A stretch of 64,000 nucleotides of DNA from Minisyncoccota bacterium (GTDB lineage: Bacteria > Patescibacteriota > Minisyncoccia > Phycocordibacterales > UBA6065). Position 1 is the stretch's first letter, and the number at the start of each line of letters is the position of its first letter. This document shows positions 26,649-36,769 of this stretch, one piece after another. The notes under the pieces were generated by a model that was not told the origin of the DNA, did no database searches, and saw only the letters and a program-made list of their open reading frames with translations. The stretch covers positions 137,529 to 201,528 of the forward strand of contig DASWWW010000002.1 in the NCBI GenBank assembly GCA_036400935.1. The letters run 5' to 3'. The translations under genes and the position numbers were made by a program.

Positions 26649-27359
26649 TTACGCGGTCTTTACGACCTTTGCGTTCACGTACGCCGTAGCCAATTCGTTG
26701 AGGAAGAATGCGGCTGACGATGCTGAGCCGTCGTTCGCTGGGATTGCGTAGTCTACGAGAGAGAGGTCGCAGTCCGAGCTCGCGATTGCGATCACCGGTA
26801 CGCCCATCTGTCGTGCCTCTGCTACCGCGATGTACTCCTTCTTAGGGTCTACTACGATGAGAGCGCCTGGCTTCTCCTTTACCGAGACGATGCCTCCGAA
26901 GAGGGTCTCGAGCTTTGCGATCTCTCGATCGATGAGGAGTCGCTCCTTCTTGGTGTACTTTGCGAGCTCGCCCTTCTCCTTCTCCTTGAGTCGAGACTCG
27001 AACTTGTCGATTCGCTTTCGGATCTGGGTGAAGTTAGTGAGGGTGCCTCCGATCCATCGTCCGCCGACTACTGGCTGGCCAGCCTTGAGGGCTGCTGCCT
27101 TTACGGCTGGGATAGCCTCTGACTTGCCCGCGACGAAGAGAGCCTGCTTGCCCGCCGCTGAGACGGTAGCGAGGAAAGCCTTTGCCTTCTCGAGAGCCTC
27201 GGCTGTCTTATCAAGATCGAAGATCTCGATCTTGTTCTTTACGCCGAAAACGTACTGCTTTGTCGAAGGGTGGCGGCGCGCCTTTGCGAGGCCAAAGTGA
27301 GCCCCTACCTTGAACATCGCCTCGACCATCGAATTCTTGTCTTTTATAGTGTTTGCCAT
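26649..27359 (-). CDS. rpsB: 30S ribosomal protein S2
   Basis: MFKVGAHFGLAKARRHPSTKQYVFG...; start set at MANTIK (27359), and the ORF is open up to 27425. Confidence 0.9.
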   Translation of the reverse strand: MANTIKDKNSMVEAMFKVGAHFGLAKARRHPSTKQYVFGVKNKIEIFDLDKTAEALEKAKAFLATVSAAGKQALFVAGKSEAIPAVKAAALKAGQPVVGGRWIGGTLTNFTQIRKRIDKFESRLKEKEKGELAKYTKKERLLIDREIAKLETLFGGIVSVKEKPGALIVVDPKKEYIAVAEARQMGVPVIAIASSDCDLSLVDYAIPANDGSASSAAFFLNELATAYVNAKVVKTA

Positions 27360-27686
27360 AATTAAAATGTGTTCCGAAAGTCTAACAGATAGGCCGTAAA
27401 AAGGCAAGATTACCGCCTCCCGCACCTATCTATGGGCACGCATAAAGGCCTGCTGGCGGATTGCTCCTCCTTACAGGAGCAGTACACCTTTTGGACGGAG
27501 TACCGTCTCAAAAGGTCTTGCGACATGGGGCCCTATCCCATGTCTCACTCGCCCGTCGGCCTGCGCGAGGCCCATTTCGAGGTGCGGGAGGCTCAACTGT
27601 AGTTTTCCACAGGACCTAGACATACGGGACAAAAGTGCTATGATTTTTTCCGTATTGATCCCCTGGAGCCGAAACGACAGGCCTCG

Positions 27687-27911
27687 TTGCCCGTCGCAGA
27701 AGTTCCAAAGCTTAAAAACTGTTATTCCCGCATGTCCTCCTCCCATCCCGACCTATCCTCACTGTCCACCGTGGAGCTCCGTCACATCGCCGAAAACGAC
27801 GGCGATCCCGCCAAGCGCCGTGCCGCCGAGCTGGTTCTCGACTCGCGCAAGCCCGCCGAAACGCCTCCCAGCGACGAGGCAGCCCTTCTGGGCCACGGTT
27901 GCCGAGCCTGA
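27687..27911 (+). CDS. small protein (59-74 aa) with a Rho-N/HeH-like motif
   Basis: The likely start is MSSSHPDL at 27732. LSSLSTVELRHIAENDGDPAKRRAAELVL resembles Rho_N/SAP-like helix-extension-helix. Third-position GC is high, and a terminator follows at 27938-27968. Confidence 0.35.
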   Translation: MPVAEVPKLKNCYSRMSSSHPDLSSLSTVELRHIAENDGDPAKRRAAELVLDSRKPAETPPSDEAALLGHGCRA

Positions 27912-27937
27912 CCGGCAGTTACTTTTAAGCCAATCCA

Positions 27938-27968
27938 AGGCGCACCCATTCGGTGCGCCTTTTTATTT
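27938..27968 (+). terminator. intrinsic terminator
   Basis: AGGCGCACC-CATTC-GGTGCGCCT followed by TTTTATTT. Confidence 0.65.
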
Positions 27969-28083
27969 ATCGATGAGCATTGATTTATCCTGAGATTGTT
28001 GTACCATCATCGCCAGAACGCGAAACGAATCTTGCGAAAAAAGTCCTAATTCTGGACTCAAAGATTCATCGCGTACCGCACTT

Positions 28084-28719
28084 ATGGTAGCCCCCAGCTC
28101 ATCAGCGGCGCTTACTGCGCCCCCACCGACCTCTGGTCGTACGCTATCCGGAAAAGGAAGCCGCAGCGCGGACATGCCGCCTGAAGCAAAACTGCCTTTT
28201 TCCGTCAAAAAGGTCGCCCCGCTCGACGCCAGGCTCAAAGAGGGCGTGACAGTCCTACTCGACGTCGAAATTGCCTTCCACTCTGAAGAGGAGGCGGAGG
28301 GACGCACGGGCGAGACAGGCAAGAAAAAAGATCCCGTCCCGGCGATCTGGCTCGGCCTGACTTTCGAGCGAACGATACAGGACGAAAAGAAAAAGGACGG
28401 ACCCAAGGAAAGGGTCGTTCGCGTCGCCGCCGAGACCCAGGCGATACCGTACAGCACGATAGCGGAGGTGATCAACGTGAACATTCAGGCCCTGTTCGCG
28501 CACATGCTCAATCCAAGCCCGTCGGAGAGCGCCCTGCTGCTCGCATCGGCTGTCGAGCAGATCATCGAACAGGTGTCCATACGCTTCAGCGTGACAAATG
28601 AGATCATCTTTCAGCTCAAAGGCCTCGCCAAGGACGTGACCGGAGAGACTCCGGCTGCCGAACTCGTCGGACTTTCCAGCGATTTTAAGGAGATCTTCGT
28701 CGACCTCAAGAAGAAGTGA
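28084..28719 (+). CDS. hypothetical protein (211 aa)
   Basis: Intact ORF with a strong terminator right after it; the competing minus-strand ORFs are rejected. Confidence 0.5.
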   Translation: MVAPSSSAALTAPPPTSGRTLSGKGSRSADMPPEAKLPFSVKKVAPLDARLKEGVTVLLDVEIAFHSEEEAEGRTGETGKKKDPVPAIWLGLTFERTIQDEKKKDGPKERVVRVAAETQAIPYSTIAEVINVNIQALFAHMLNPSPSESALLLASAVEQIIEQVSIRFSVTNEIIFQLKGLAKDVTGETPAAELVGLSSDFKEIFVDLKKK

Positions 28720-28734
28720 CGGCCTGAGAACGTC

Positions 28735-28767
28735 AACGCCCAACAGATTGTTGGGCGTTTTTTTATT
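28735..28767 (+). terminator. intrinsic terminator
   Basis: AACGCCCAAC-AGATT-GTTGGGCGTT followed by TTTTTTTATT. Confidence 0.7.
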
Positions 28768-28774
28768 ATCCAAA

Positions 28775-29755
<981 letters not shown>

Positions 29756-29905
29756 AGTGGCGTGAGACTAATGAAGATAAGTATACGATAAAAGGCGAGA
29801 GTGTTCTTGAGAAAAGCCTCGGAAGGCGCGACGGCGCCGGACGGAGAAAAACTTCAGCGGAAGTTTTTCGTGCTTTTCGAGAGAACTACTCTCGCCTTTA
29901 TATCG

Positions 29906-30160
29906 TTAAGCTTTCTTCTTAGCTGTTCGAGCCTTGAACTTCTCTACGCGGCCGGCCGTGTCGATAACGGTCTCGTTTCCGGTGTAGAAAGGATGAGAAG
30001 CCGATGAGATTTCAACCTGATAGAGAGGGTACTCCTTTCCGTCGGTCCACTTGTCGGTCTCCTTTGTCGCCACAGTAGAATTTATCAAAAAGCGGGTCTT
30101 CGACGAGTTATCGAGGAAGATCACTGGGCGGTAGTTATTTGGATGGGTTTCTTTCTTCAT
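29906..30160 (-). CDS. rpmE: 50S ribosomal protein L31 (type B, non-zinc)
   Basis: MKKETHP...[10 protein letters not shown]...GRVEKF. Confidence 0.8.
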   Translation of the reverse strand: MKKETHPNNYRPVIFLDNSSKTRFLINSTVATKETDKWTDGKEYPLYQVEISSASHPFYTGNETVIDTAGRVEKFKARTAKKKA

Positions 30161-30200
30161 ATAGGTCAAAACTATAGCTTAAACGCCGTTAAAATGCAAA

Positions 30201-31637
30201 TTAGAGCTGCAAAAGGAGGATGTCCTGCTCGATATCCTTTACCTTCTTCATGACCGAGTTTCCATAGCTGTTTCCGGCGGCGCTCGAGCAGCCTACGCCT
30301 CCGGCATAGTACTTGCAGGCGGCCTTCTTTTCGGCCGCGGCGGTCTGGAGGCCCGCGCCGAGATCCGAAAGCATGAAAGACGATGCGGTAATGGCATGCT
30401 GAGGGTTGAATGGGTCGGAAGCGCTCGAGAGGCCGAGAGCCTTGCGGATGCGGTCCTTGGACGAGTCGTAGCTATACGAAGGGGCCGGATAGCCGCCATA
30501 AAGCGCCCACGTCGATGGGATGAACTGTGTCGGGCCCAATCCGCCTCCCCATCCCGAAGGCTGTCCGGAGACGTAGTATGGGTACCAACACGCGATCGGC
30601 GTGTTTTTCGGATTGCGACCGAGCTGCTCGGTCAATTTTAGGAACGGCGCGACGTCGCGATCCGGCTTGAGCACGCGGATAGCCGTCGTATTCTTCTTTA
30701 CGTTAATGCCGGCGCCCGTAGCGTAATCTGTAATGAAGCAGTCTCCGATATGCTTGCCGAACACGTCGTTCTCGTCCTTTGACGATTCCTGCTGGAGGAT
30801 GGCGAGGAGGAAAGCCGGTCGGACAGCGGTTGTCTTCGAGGCCTTGAGCGCGTAATCATAGGCCTCACCGAAGGTGATCCCCTCTCCGTCCTGGAATTTG
30901 AAGAGGCGCGAGCGGATTTCGGCGACTTTCGCCTTCTTGTCGTCGGCGAGCTTCTGGGCGATGTTGTATTCGCCGGTTTTCAGGGCGAGGATGGCTGCCT
31001 TTTCGGTCTTCTTTCGCTCGATAAGCTTGCGCTCGCTCTCGATAGCCTCTCGGGCATTGGTTTCCCTGTCCTTGCGGTCCTCGAGGGTCTGGCGCTCGTT
31101 TTCGGTTTCGGCTTTCGATGCCTTTACCTCGTCGACAAGCCTGACGAGCTGCTTGTTCAAAGTGTAGAGCGTGTCCACCTCGGTATAGAAGTCGGAAAGG
31201 GATTCAGATCCAAGGAAGACAGCCGGCACCGAGACGGCGTCATGCATGTTGACCATCTTTACGATATCGCCGATCGACTGGGACTGCCTGTCGATCTGGC
31301 CCTGGAGGCTGGCTACGACCTGGGTTTTGGCGCCGATGTCCTTGGACAGCTTGCTGATGATGGTGTTCTGGAGCTTGATCTTCTGCTCGGCGAGCCTGAT
31401 CTCGGCATTGATGGCGTCGACGGCTGCCTGAGCGGTATCCTTTTCGCCCTTCTTTCCGGTCGCGGCGGCGAGGGACTTCTGGTATTCGGCGCATTCAGCG
31501 ACCGCCGCGGCGTCCGCCTTGGCTACCGGGCCGGCGCAGAATTCGACGATCGGATCGGTAGCAGCGAACGCAGGCGTAGCCAGAGCTAAGCCAAATGTGA
31601 AGACGCCAAAAGCCGATAACTTCTTGAGGTATGACAC
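30201..31637 (-). CDS. secreted coiled-coil protein with a C-terminal lytic transglycosylase-like domain
   Basis: Signal peptide, long coiled-coil, then ILQQESS and GLGPTQFIPSTW, which are MltB-family-like motifs. Confidence 0.55.
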   Translation of the reverse strand: MSYLKKLSAFGVFTFGLALATPAFAATDPIVEFCAGPVAKADAAAVAECAEYQKSLAAATGKKGEKDTAQAAVDAINAEIRLAEQKIKLQNTIISKLSKDIGAKTQVVASLQGQIDRQSQSIGDIVKMVNMHDAVSVPAVFLGSESLSDFYTEVDTLYTLNKQLVRLVDEVKASKAETENERQTLEDRKDRETNAREAIESERKLIERKKTEKAAILALKTGEYNIAQKLADDKKAKVAEIRSRLFKFQDGEGITFGEAYDYALKASKTTAVRPAFLLAILQQESSKDENDVFGKHIGDCFITDYATGAGINVKKNTTAIRVLKPDRDVAPFLKLTEQLGRNPKNTPIACWYPYYVSGQPSGWGGGLGPTQFIPSTWALYGGYPAPSYSYDSSKDRIRKALGLSSASDPFNPQHAITASSFMLSDLGAGLQTAAAEKKAACKYYAGGVGCSSAAGNSYGNSVMKKVKDIEQDILLLQL

Positions 31638-31710
31638 CCGTCTATTTTACCATACCGACCCCTCCATCTGGGCAGCAAAAAACCAGCAGAAGCTGGTTTT
31701 TTGTGTTGTA

Positions 31711-32388
31711 TTATTTCTTCTTTGCGTCGGCTGCTGGAGCTGCTGCGTCTGCGCCTTCTGCTCCTTCCTTTGCCTCCTTGCCCTTCTTGGCGACCTCGAT
31801 AGCCGAGAGGTCTACTGGGGCTGCTGGCTCTTCCTCCTCTGCCTTTGGCTCTGCGACCGAAGCGATGATGTCGTCAGCGTTTACCGCGAGAGCTACGCCC
31901 GCTGGGAGAGCGATGTCCGAAGCCTTGATAGAAGACTTGAAATCGACGAGAGCCGAGATGTCTACGGCGATCTTGTGAGGGAGATCCTTTGGAAGGGCCT
32001 CGATCTCGATATCGTGGAGAACCTTGATAAGGGAGCCGCCGAGCTCCTTGATAGCCGGAGCCGTGCCGACGAACTCGAGAGGTACGCCCACCTTGATCTT
32101 CTTGCCCTTCTCGAAGACGTAGAAGTCAGCATGCATAGGCTTGCCGGTGACCGGATGGAGGTCCATGTCGTGGATGAGAGACTCGACCTCGATATCGTTG
32201 CCCTTGAGAACGACTACGGTCGATTCGCCGGCTGCCTTGTAGGCCTTTATGAAATCTACCGTAGCGATAGAGATAGGCGTAGAAGCCTCCTTCTTGCCGT
32301 AAAACACAGCAGGGATCTTGCCCGCCTTTCGCAAAGCGTTTACGTCTGCCTTCAAGTCCCTCTTCTCAACGTTTAGTGTAATTGCCAT
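31711..32388 (-). CDS. rplY: 50S ribosomal protein L25 / general stress protein Ctc
   Basis: MAITLNVEKRDLKADVNALRKAGKIPAVFYGK, with an acidic and Lys-rich C-terminal tail. Confidence 0.85.
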   Translation of the reverse strand: MAITLNVEKRDLKADVNALRKAGKIPAVFYGKKEASTPISIATVDFIKAYKAAGESTVVVLKGNDIEVESLIHDMDLHPVTGKPMHADFYVFEKGKKIKVGVPLEFVGTAPAIKELGGSLIKVLHDIEIEALPKDLPHKIAVDISALVDFKSSIKASDIALPAGVALAVNADDIIASVAEPKAEEEEPAAPVDLSAIEVAKKGKEAKEGAEGADAAAPAADAKKK

Positions 32389-32524
32389 CCGATTAATTTA
32401 GCTTGTTATATAGGTTTATAAGTATATCCAGAATGGCTTAAAAGTAAAGGGCGCGAGGCTCTAATTGACAATAACCGAATTAATCGCAATATAAGTACCA
32501 AATGCTCCTTGGCAGCGATTTGGC

Positions 32525-32560
32525 CATGGCTATAAGGGATATGAGGCCCTTATAGCCATG
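32525..32560. promoter_or_regulatory. 14-bp perfect inverted repeat CATGGCTATAAGGG-N8-CCCTTATAGCCATG overlapping the start codon of the downstream membrane-protein gene
   Basis: Read directly from the sequence. The right arm ends with the ORF's ATG at 32558-32560. Confidence 0.5.
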
Positions 32561-33139
32561 ACTAAACTAATACTGAAAGTGCTCCTCGGCTGGTTCTTCG
32601 TAGCCAGCTTCCTCGGCGGGTTCGGCTACTTTATCCAGAAACCCGCGCGCGACATCGGCAAGATCACCACCGTCAGCGAGGTTATCTGGCTTCCAAAAAG
32701 CTACGTCCATGCGAACAAGCTTCCCGACGGCTCCTACGGCGCGATCGACTCGGTATCCTTCAATAGCATGACGATGTCAGTCGCCTTCGACGAGGCGTTC
32801 AAAGTGCGGGCCTCGCTTTCGGAACAAACGGTCGTGACGGTCACCTCGGAAGGAGTCCATTACGTGGCGACCTACGGTGGCATCGAGTACCGCGCGTTCT
32901 GGAGTCCCCTGCCAGGATCACCCGCCGCGCACAAGCGCCTTGGGGCAAGAATCCTCACCGACCATAACGTCATCTGGAAAGTGCAGGATTGTCACTCGCT
33001 AGCGCTGACAATCATATTCATCTGCATTATGGCGGCACTGATCGTTGTTCCGTTCAAAGGCATCAAAGCGGGTATGCGTAGCCTTTGGAAAGATACGCAA
33101 AAGCTCTTTCCCAAAGCTCCTGGGCTCGCCGCCTGCTAG
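32558..33139 (+). CDS. hypothetical membrane protein (193 aa) with N- and C-terminal TM helices
   Basis: Intact ORF with its own terminator at 33164-33190, in a lower-GC stretch. Confidence 0.45.
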   Translation: MTKLILKVLLGWFFVASFLGGFGYFIQKPARDIGKITTVSEVIWLPKSYVHANKLPDGSYGAIDSVSFNSMTMSVAFDEAFKVRASLSEQTVVTVTSEGVHYVATYGGIEYRAFWSPLPGSPAAHKRLGARILTDHNVIWKVQDCHSLALTIIFICIMAALIVVPFKGIKAGMRSLWKDTQKLFPKAPGLAAC

Positions 33140-33163
33140 CAGTACGCCGCCGACAGTTCAAAA

Positions 33164-33190
33164 CCATCGCCTCATCGCGATGGCTTTTTA
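33164..33190 (+). terminator. intrinsic terminator
   Basis: CCATCGC-CTCATC-GCGATGG followed by CTTTTTATT. Confidence 0.55.
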
Positions 33191-33204
33191 TTGAAAAATC
33201 TCAC

Positions 33205-33236
33205 AAAACAAAAGCCGTGTAGTAAAACTACACGGC
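33205..33236 (-). terminator. intrinsic terminator after the 205-aa ORF
   Basis: GCCGTGTAGT-AAAA-CTACACGGC perfect 10-bp stem, with a U-run on the minus strand. Confidence 0.6.
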
Positions 33237-33262
33237 CGCGGGTCTGGTTAACCCGGCTTCTA

Positions 33263-33880
33263 CTATTTTTTCTTCCTCTTGGCCTTTTCAGCCTCCAAGA
33301 AGTCCTTCGCTGCTTTAAAGAGCTGCTCCCTACTGTCCTTATCCCACGGGAAATGGTCGCAGAGTATGTGATGAGCCATCTCACCCACAAACTGGATCCG
33401 CTCCCCAAGGGCCTCTATCTCTATCTTCTGATAATGCAGGGAGCACTTTAGCACCTCTTCGAGCTCGAGCGCCTCGGCGGACAGCTGGCCATGACCCTTG
33501 TCGAAAACCAGCATTGCCCACTGACTTTTCTCTCGCTCGAACCGCTTCTCGTCCCGGACTTTCTTGCGGGCAAGCCCATCGAGATGGCCCCCGACATACT
33601 TGACCGCCTCTTCCACCGAGTGCGTTGGATCAAGTCCGATAAGGGCACAGGTCCTCTGATGGTTGGCATACAACGTGAACCACGCCCGGTCCATATCGTT
33701 CTCGCGTTTCTCGACCTTGCGATAGTCCCAGAAGCGAAGCCGCGACACGCGGCCATTCTGACCGATATTCCGCTTTCTCATGGACACCTGCACCTCTTCT
33801 GACAAATGACCGATCATGGAGGCGAGAATTCGCGGATCGATATAGCGAACCGTCTGTTGTTTTTTAGCTACAGCATTCAT
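33263..33880 (-). CDS. hypothetical protein (205 aa) with a Lys-rich C-terminus
   Basis: Intact ORF convergent with the previous gene, and it has its own terminator. Confidence 0.45.
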   Translation of the reverse strand: MNAVAKKQQTVRYIDPRILASMIGHLSEEVQVSMRKRNIGQNGRVSRLRFWDYRKVEKRENDMDRAWFTLYANHQRTCALIGLDPTHSVEEAVKYVGGHLDGLARKKVRDEKRFEREKSQWAMLVFDKGHGQLSAEALELEEVLKCSLHYQKIEIEALGERIQFVGEMAHHILCDHFPWDKDSREQLFKAAKDFLEAEKAKRKKK

Positions 33881-34112
33881 GACGACGAACTCCTGAACCT
33901 AACGTGTTGCCTAAGTGGTATTTGATCAAAAGGCTTCCGCCCAATATCCCTCAACTTGAGAGACTACACGGGACTCTTGCCCCATGCCTCGATCAACAGA
34001 CAGAATGGCAACGTTATTCAGTCCTGAATACAATTATACACCCAAATAATATATTTGTCAATAACAAAAACGGCTCCGTTGAGCCGTTAAATGCTGCCGT
34101 ATGGCGCTTTAT

Positions 34113-34292
34113 CTAGAAAACCGCGAGATAGATAGCGATAGCAAAGAATACGATAGCCGCTATGAGCTGAATCTTGTTGGCGCTCGCCTCGTCCTTTGCC
34201 CAGCCTTTCGAGATGAGAAAGGCCGCGAACTTTGGGGTCTCGCTACCGCCGTAGTTTCGTGGAATGCCGCCTTCGTCGAATTGAACTCCCAT
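34113..34292 (-). CDS. small membrane protein (59 aa); not in the ORF track because it is below the size cut-off
   Basis: Manual translation: MGVQFDEGGIPRNYGGSETPKFAAFLISKGWAKDEASANKIQLIAAIVFFAIAIYLAVF. A hairpin AACGGCTC-CGTTG-AGCCGTT plus U-run lies downstream on the minus strand. Confidence 0.3.
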   Translation of the reverse strand: MGVQFDEGGIPRNYGGSETPKFAAFLISKGWAKDEASANKIQLIAAIVFFAIAIYLAVF

Positions 34293-34345
34293 GTGTTTAT
34301 TTTAAATATTTCTAAGTTCTTTTATTGTATCACGCCAAGCATCGC

Positions 34346-34684
34346 TTAAAATCCATTAGGATATTTCTCGAGAAGCCACGCAAGTGAACCCGTGAAGGCA
34401 AACCAGAACGCTCCTGGGGCAACGAGCCCGTAGAGAAAGACCGAGAGGCCTCGCGAAGGATAGCGCATAGTCACCTTATCGGAAACGACGATAACAATGC
34501 CTGCTGCCAAGACGGCGAGAAATGCCATACCCAAGAAAAGATATAGCCTGTGCGAACCATAAGGCTCGAGGATGGCGCCGAGAACGTAGCCTCGGGGCGA
34601 TCCAGGCGCAAGCCATATCCCATATATAAATCCGATAACCCAAAAACCGACGGTAGCTGAAGTAATTTTTTCTCCTTTGCTCAT
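34346..34684 (-). CDS. hypothetical membrane protein (112 aa)
   Basis: Four hydrophobic segments. Confidence 0.45.
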   Translation of the reverse strand: MSKGEKITSATVGFWVIGFIYGIWLAPGSPRGYVLGAILEPYGSHRLYLFLGMAFLAVLAAGIVIVVSDKVTMRYPSRGLSVFLYGLVAPGAFWFAFTGSLAWLLEKYPNGF

Positions 34685-34708
34685 ATATTTTATTAGCTGA
34701 TATCCGCC

Positions 34709-36361
34709 CTACCCTCGCGCGATATGATCCAGCATGTATTTCTTGGTCGCGCCGACTTTTTTGCCCGGATTGAGGATATTTGCCGGGTCGAAAGCCTTTT
34801 TCGTACGGTCAAAGAGCGCGATGACCTCGGGCCCGAACATTTTCGCCAGGTACGGCGTGCGGATGATGCCGTCGTTATGCTCTGCCGTGAGCGATCCCTT
34901 GTACGAGAGCACGAGATCGTAGACCTTATCCGAGACCTCGTCGATGATCGGCACGTTTTTCGGGTCCTTCATGTCCATGAGAGGGATGATGTGGAAATTT
35001 CCGTTGCCAGCATGGCCGGCGATGGTGTAGACGAGCTTGTAGTCGTCGAGAATTCGCCGCATCTTTGGCAAGAAGTCAGGCATGGCTGCCGGCGGTACGA
35101 CTATGTCGTCGATGAACGGCGCCGTTCGCCTGCCGTGGACGTGGCTTCGCAGGAGGTTGAAGCTCTCGCGGCGGATCGTCCAGTACTTTTCCGAGTCGAA
35201 TTCGTTTCTGGCGCGACGCATCTTGAAGCCGTAGCCTTTTATCTTGGCCTCGAGGGCGTTTATGGTCGCGTCGATCTCGGACTCGGTGTCGCCCGAGAAT
35301 TCGACAAGGAGGACGAGCTTTGGGAAGCCTCCGCCAAGAGCCATGAAGGCCTCGGGAATGAAGCTCCAGAGCAGGCGGAAGAAGTTGAGCTTCATGGTCT
35401 TGAGCATCGACGGCATGAATTTCACGGCGAGGGCCATAGTGCTGTCGTCATACGACTCGAGGCTTTCCGGGCCGAGCGGCAGGATGTCGTTTACGATCTG
35501 GCCGAGGCGGCTGATCTCCGGCATGAATACGACGAACAGTTTCGAAAGGGGCTTTATCGGCACGAGGCGGACCTTAACCTCGGTCACGATGCCAAGAGTT
35601 CCCTGCGATCCAACAAGGAGCTTTGTCATATCGAAAATTTCCGTCTGTGCATTCCAGACATTCCAGAGGTAGTAGCCGGCAGAGTTTTTAGAAACCTTCG
35701 GCTTTGCATCGGCGAGCAGGGGCGCATTGCGCGAGACCATATCCCAAACGCTGCGATAGACTTCCCCTTCGAAATCTTCTTGGGAAAGCTTTGCCCTGAG
35801 GCCCTCCTTGTCGAGAGGCTTCACCACGTATTCGTTGCCGTCCGAGAAAATCGCCTTGAGCTCGAGGATGTAGTCCTCCATTTTGCCGTATTTGAGCGTC
35901 TTCTCGCCCGCCGAGTTATTGCCGACCATGCCGCCGATGGTGTTCAGATTCTTCGAAGCCGTATAGCACGGGAGCATGATGCCGAGCCTTGCTGCCGCGG
36001 GCTCGAAATCGCGGTAGAAAGTTCCGGGAAGGACGCGTGCAGACTCTTTCGTGAGGTCGAGGATGCCGTGCATGAATCGCGTAACGTCGAGGATGATCGA
36101 GTCATTGAGAGGGCCGCCAGCCATGCAGGTTCCGGCCGATCGGACGGTTACGGAAAGGTCGGGATATGCGGTTTTGTTTATGCGGACGAAATGAACGACC
36201 GCCTTTATGTCGTTTGCGTCCTTTGGGAAGAGGACGATCTTCGGCTTAACCTCGAGCAGACTGGCGTCATGGCTGAACGTCGTCAGGACGGCCGCCGAAT
36301 CCTCGATATCGCCTTTGAAATTATCCTTAAGAAACGATTTGAGCGCTGTGATTGAATCCAT
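34709..36361 (-). CDS. FAD-linked oxidase (PCMH-type FAD-binding domain; GlcD / D-lactate dehydrogenase / alkyl-DHAP synthase family)
   Basis: FAD-binding region ...VTVRSAGTCMAGG...NTIGGMVGNNSAGEKTLKYGKMEDYILELKAIFSDGN...; 550 aa. The antisense 543-aa ORF is rejected. Confidence 0.7.
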   Translation of the reverse strand: MDSITALKSFLKDNFKGDIEDSAAVLTTFSHDASLLEVKPKIVLFPKDANDIKAVVHFVRINKTAYPDLSVTVRSAGTCMAGGPLNDSIILDVTRFMHGILDLTKESARVLPGTFYRDFEPAAARLGIMLPCYTASKNLNTIGGMVGNNSAGEKTLKYGKMEDYILELKAIFSDGNEYVVKPLDKEGLRAKLSQEDFEGEVYRSVWDMVSRNAPLLADAKPKVSKNSAGYYLWNVWNAQTEIFDMTKLLVGSQGTLGIVTEVKVRLVPIKPLSKLFVVFMPEISRLGQIVNDILPLGPESLESYDDSTMALAVKFMPSMLKTMKLNFFRLLWSFIPEAFMALGGGFPKLVLLVEFSGDTESEIDATINALEAKIKGYGFKMRRARNEFDSEKYWTIRRESFNLLRSHVHGRRTAPFIDDIVVPPAAMPDFLPKMRRILDDYKLVYTIAGHAGNGNFHIIPLMDMKDPKNVPIIDEVSDKVYDLVLSYKGSLTAEHNDGIIRTPYLAKMFGPEVIALFDRTKKAFDPANILNPGKKVGATKKYMLDHIARG

Positions 36362-36369
36362 GCGAGATA

Positions 36370-36750
36370 TTATACCCCAATAGCTTTCTCGAGGCGCACG
36401 ATGCGGACGTCATGGCCGCGATACATGCCTGTCAGCTCGTCGAATTTGAATTCGAGCGTATCAAGCCTCCCTTTGACCCCGCGCATGTCATCCTTCAAGT
36501 CTGAGACATCCGATTTCAGCTCATACAGGGACTGCTCCGTAGACTTTTTGAAAGGCTCGAACTCGTCTCTGGTTACCATATTCTTATCCAGATACTTGAA
36601 CAGCGAATCAAAAGCATCCGTCACGGTCGTGACGATCTCTTTTATGTCTGCCTTGGTAGCCACCTCAGATCCTGAATTTTGATCGCTGTCCTTCATACAA
36701 AAATTATATCGACCCAATAGACGCAGTAAAGGAAAAATATCAGCGGGCAA
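36370..36750 (-). CDS. hypothetical coiled-coil protein (about 109-126 aa)
   Basis: Lies between the Y-family polymerase and the FAD oxidase on the same strand. The likely start is MKDSDQ at 36694. Confidence 0.4.
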   Translation of the reverse strand: MPADIFPLLRLLGRYNFCMKDSDQNSGSEVATKADIKEIVTTVTDAFDSLFKYLDKNMVTRDEFEPFKKSTEQSLYELKSDVSDLKDDMRGVKGRLDTLEFKFDELTGMYRGHDVRIVRLEKAIGV

Positions 36751-36769
36751 TAATCGAGATAAAATTTTC

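Noticed and set aside
27430-27700. Assigning the structured region upstream of rpsB to SRP RNA, 6S RNA, RNase P RNA or tmRNA.
   Set aside because: I could not find the conserved motifs by eye on either strand: SRP domain IV GGAA/AGCAGC, the RNase P P4 strand AGGAAAGUCCGGGCUCC, or the tmRNA tRNA-like ends. It is left unclassified.
34724-36355. A 543-aa plus-strand ORF antisense to the FAD-linked oxidase gene.
   Set aside because: The minus-strand frame carries clear PCMH-type FAD-binding motifs. The plus-strand product is Arg/Asp/Glu-rich low-complexity with no motifs, so it is an antisense artefact of high GC.
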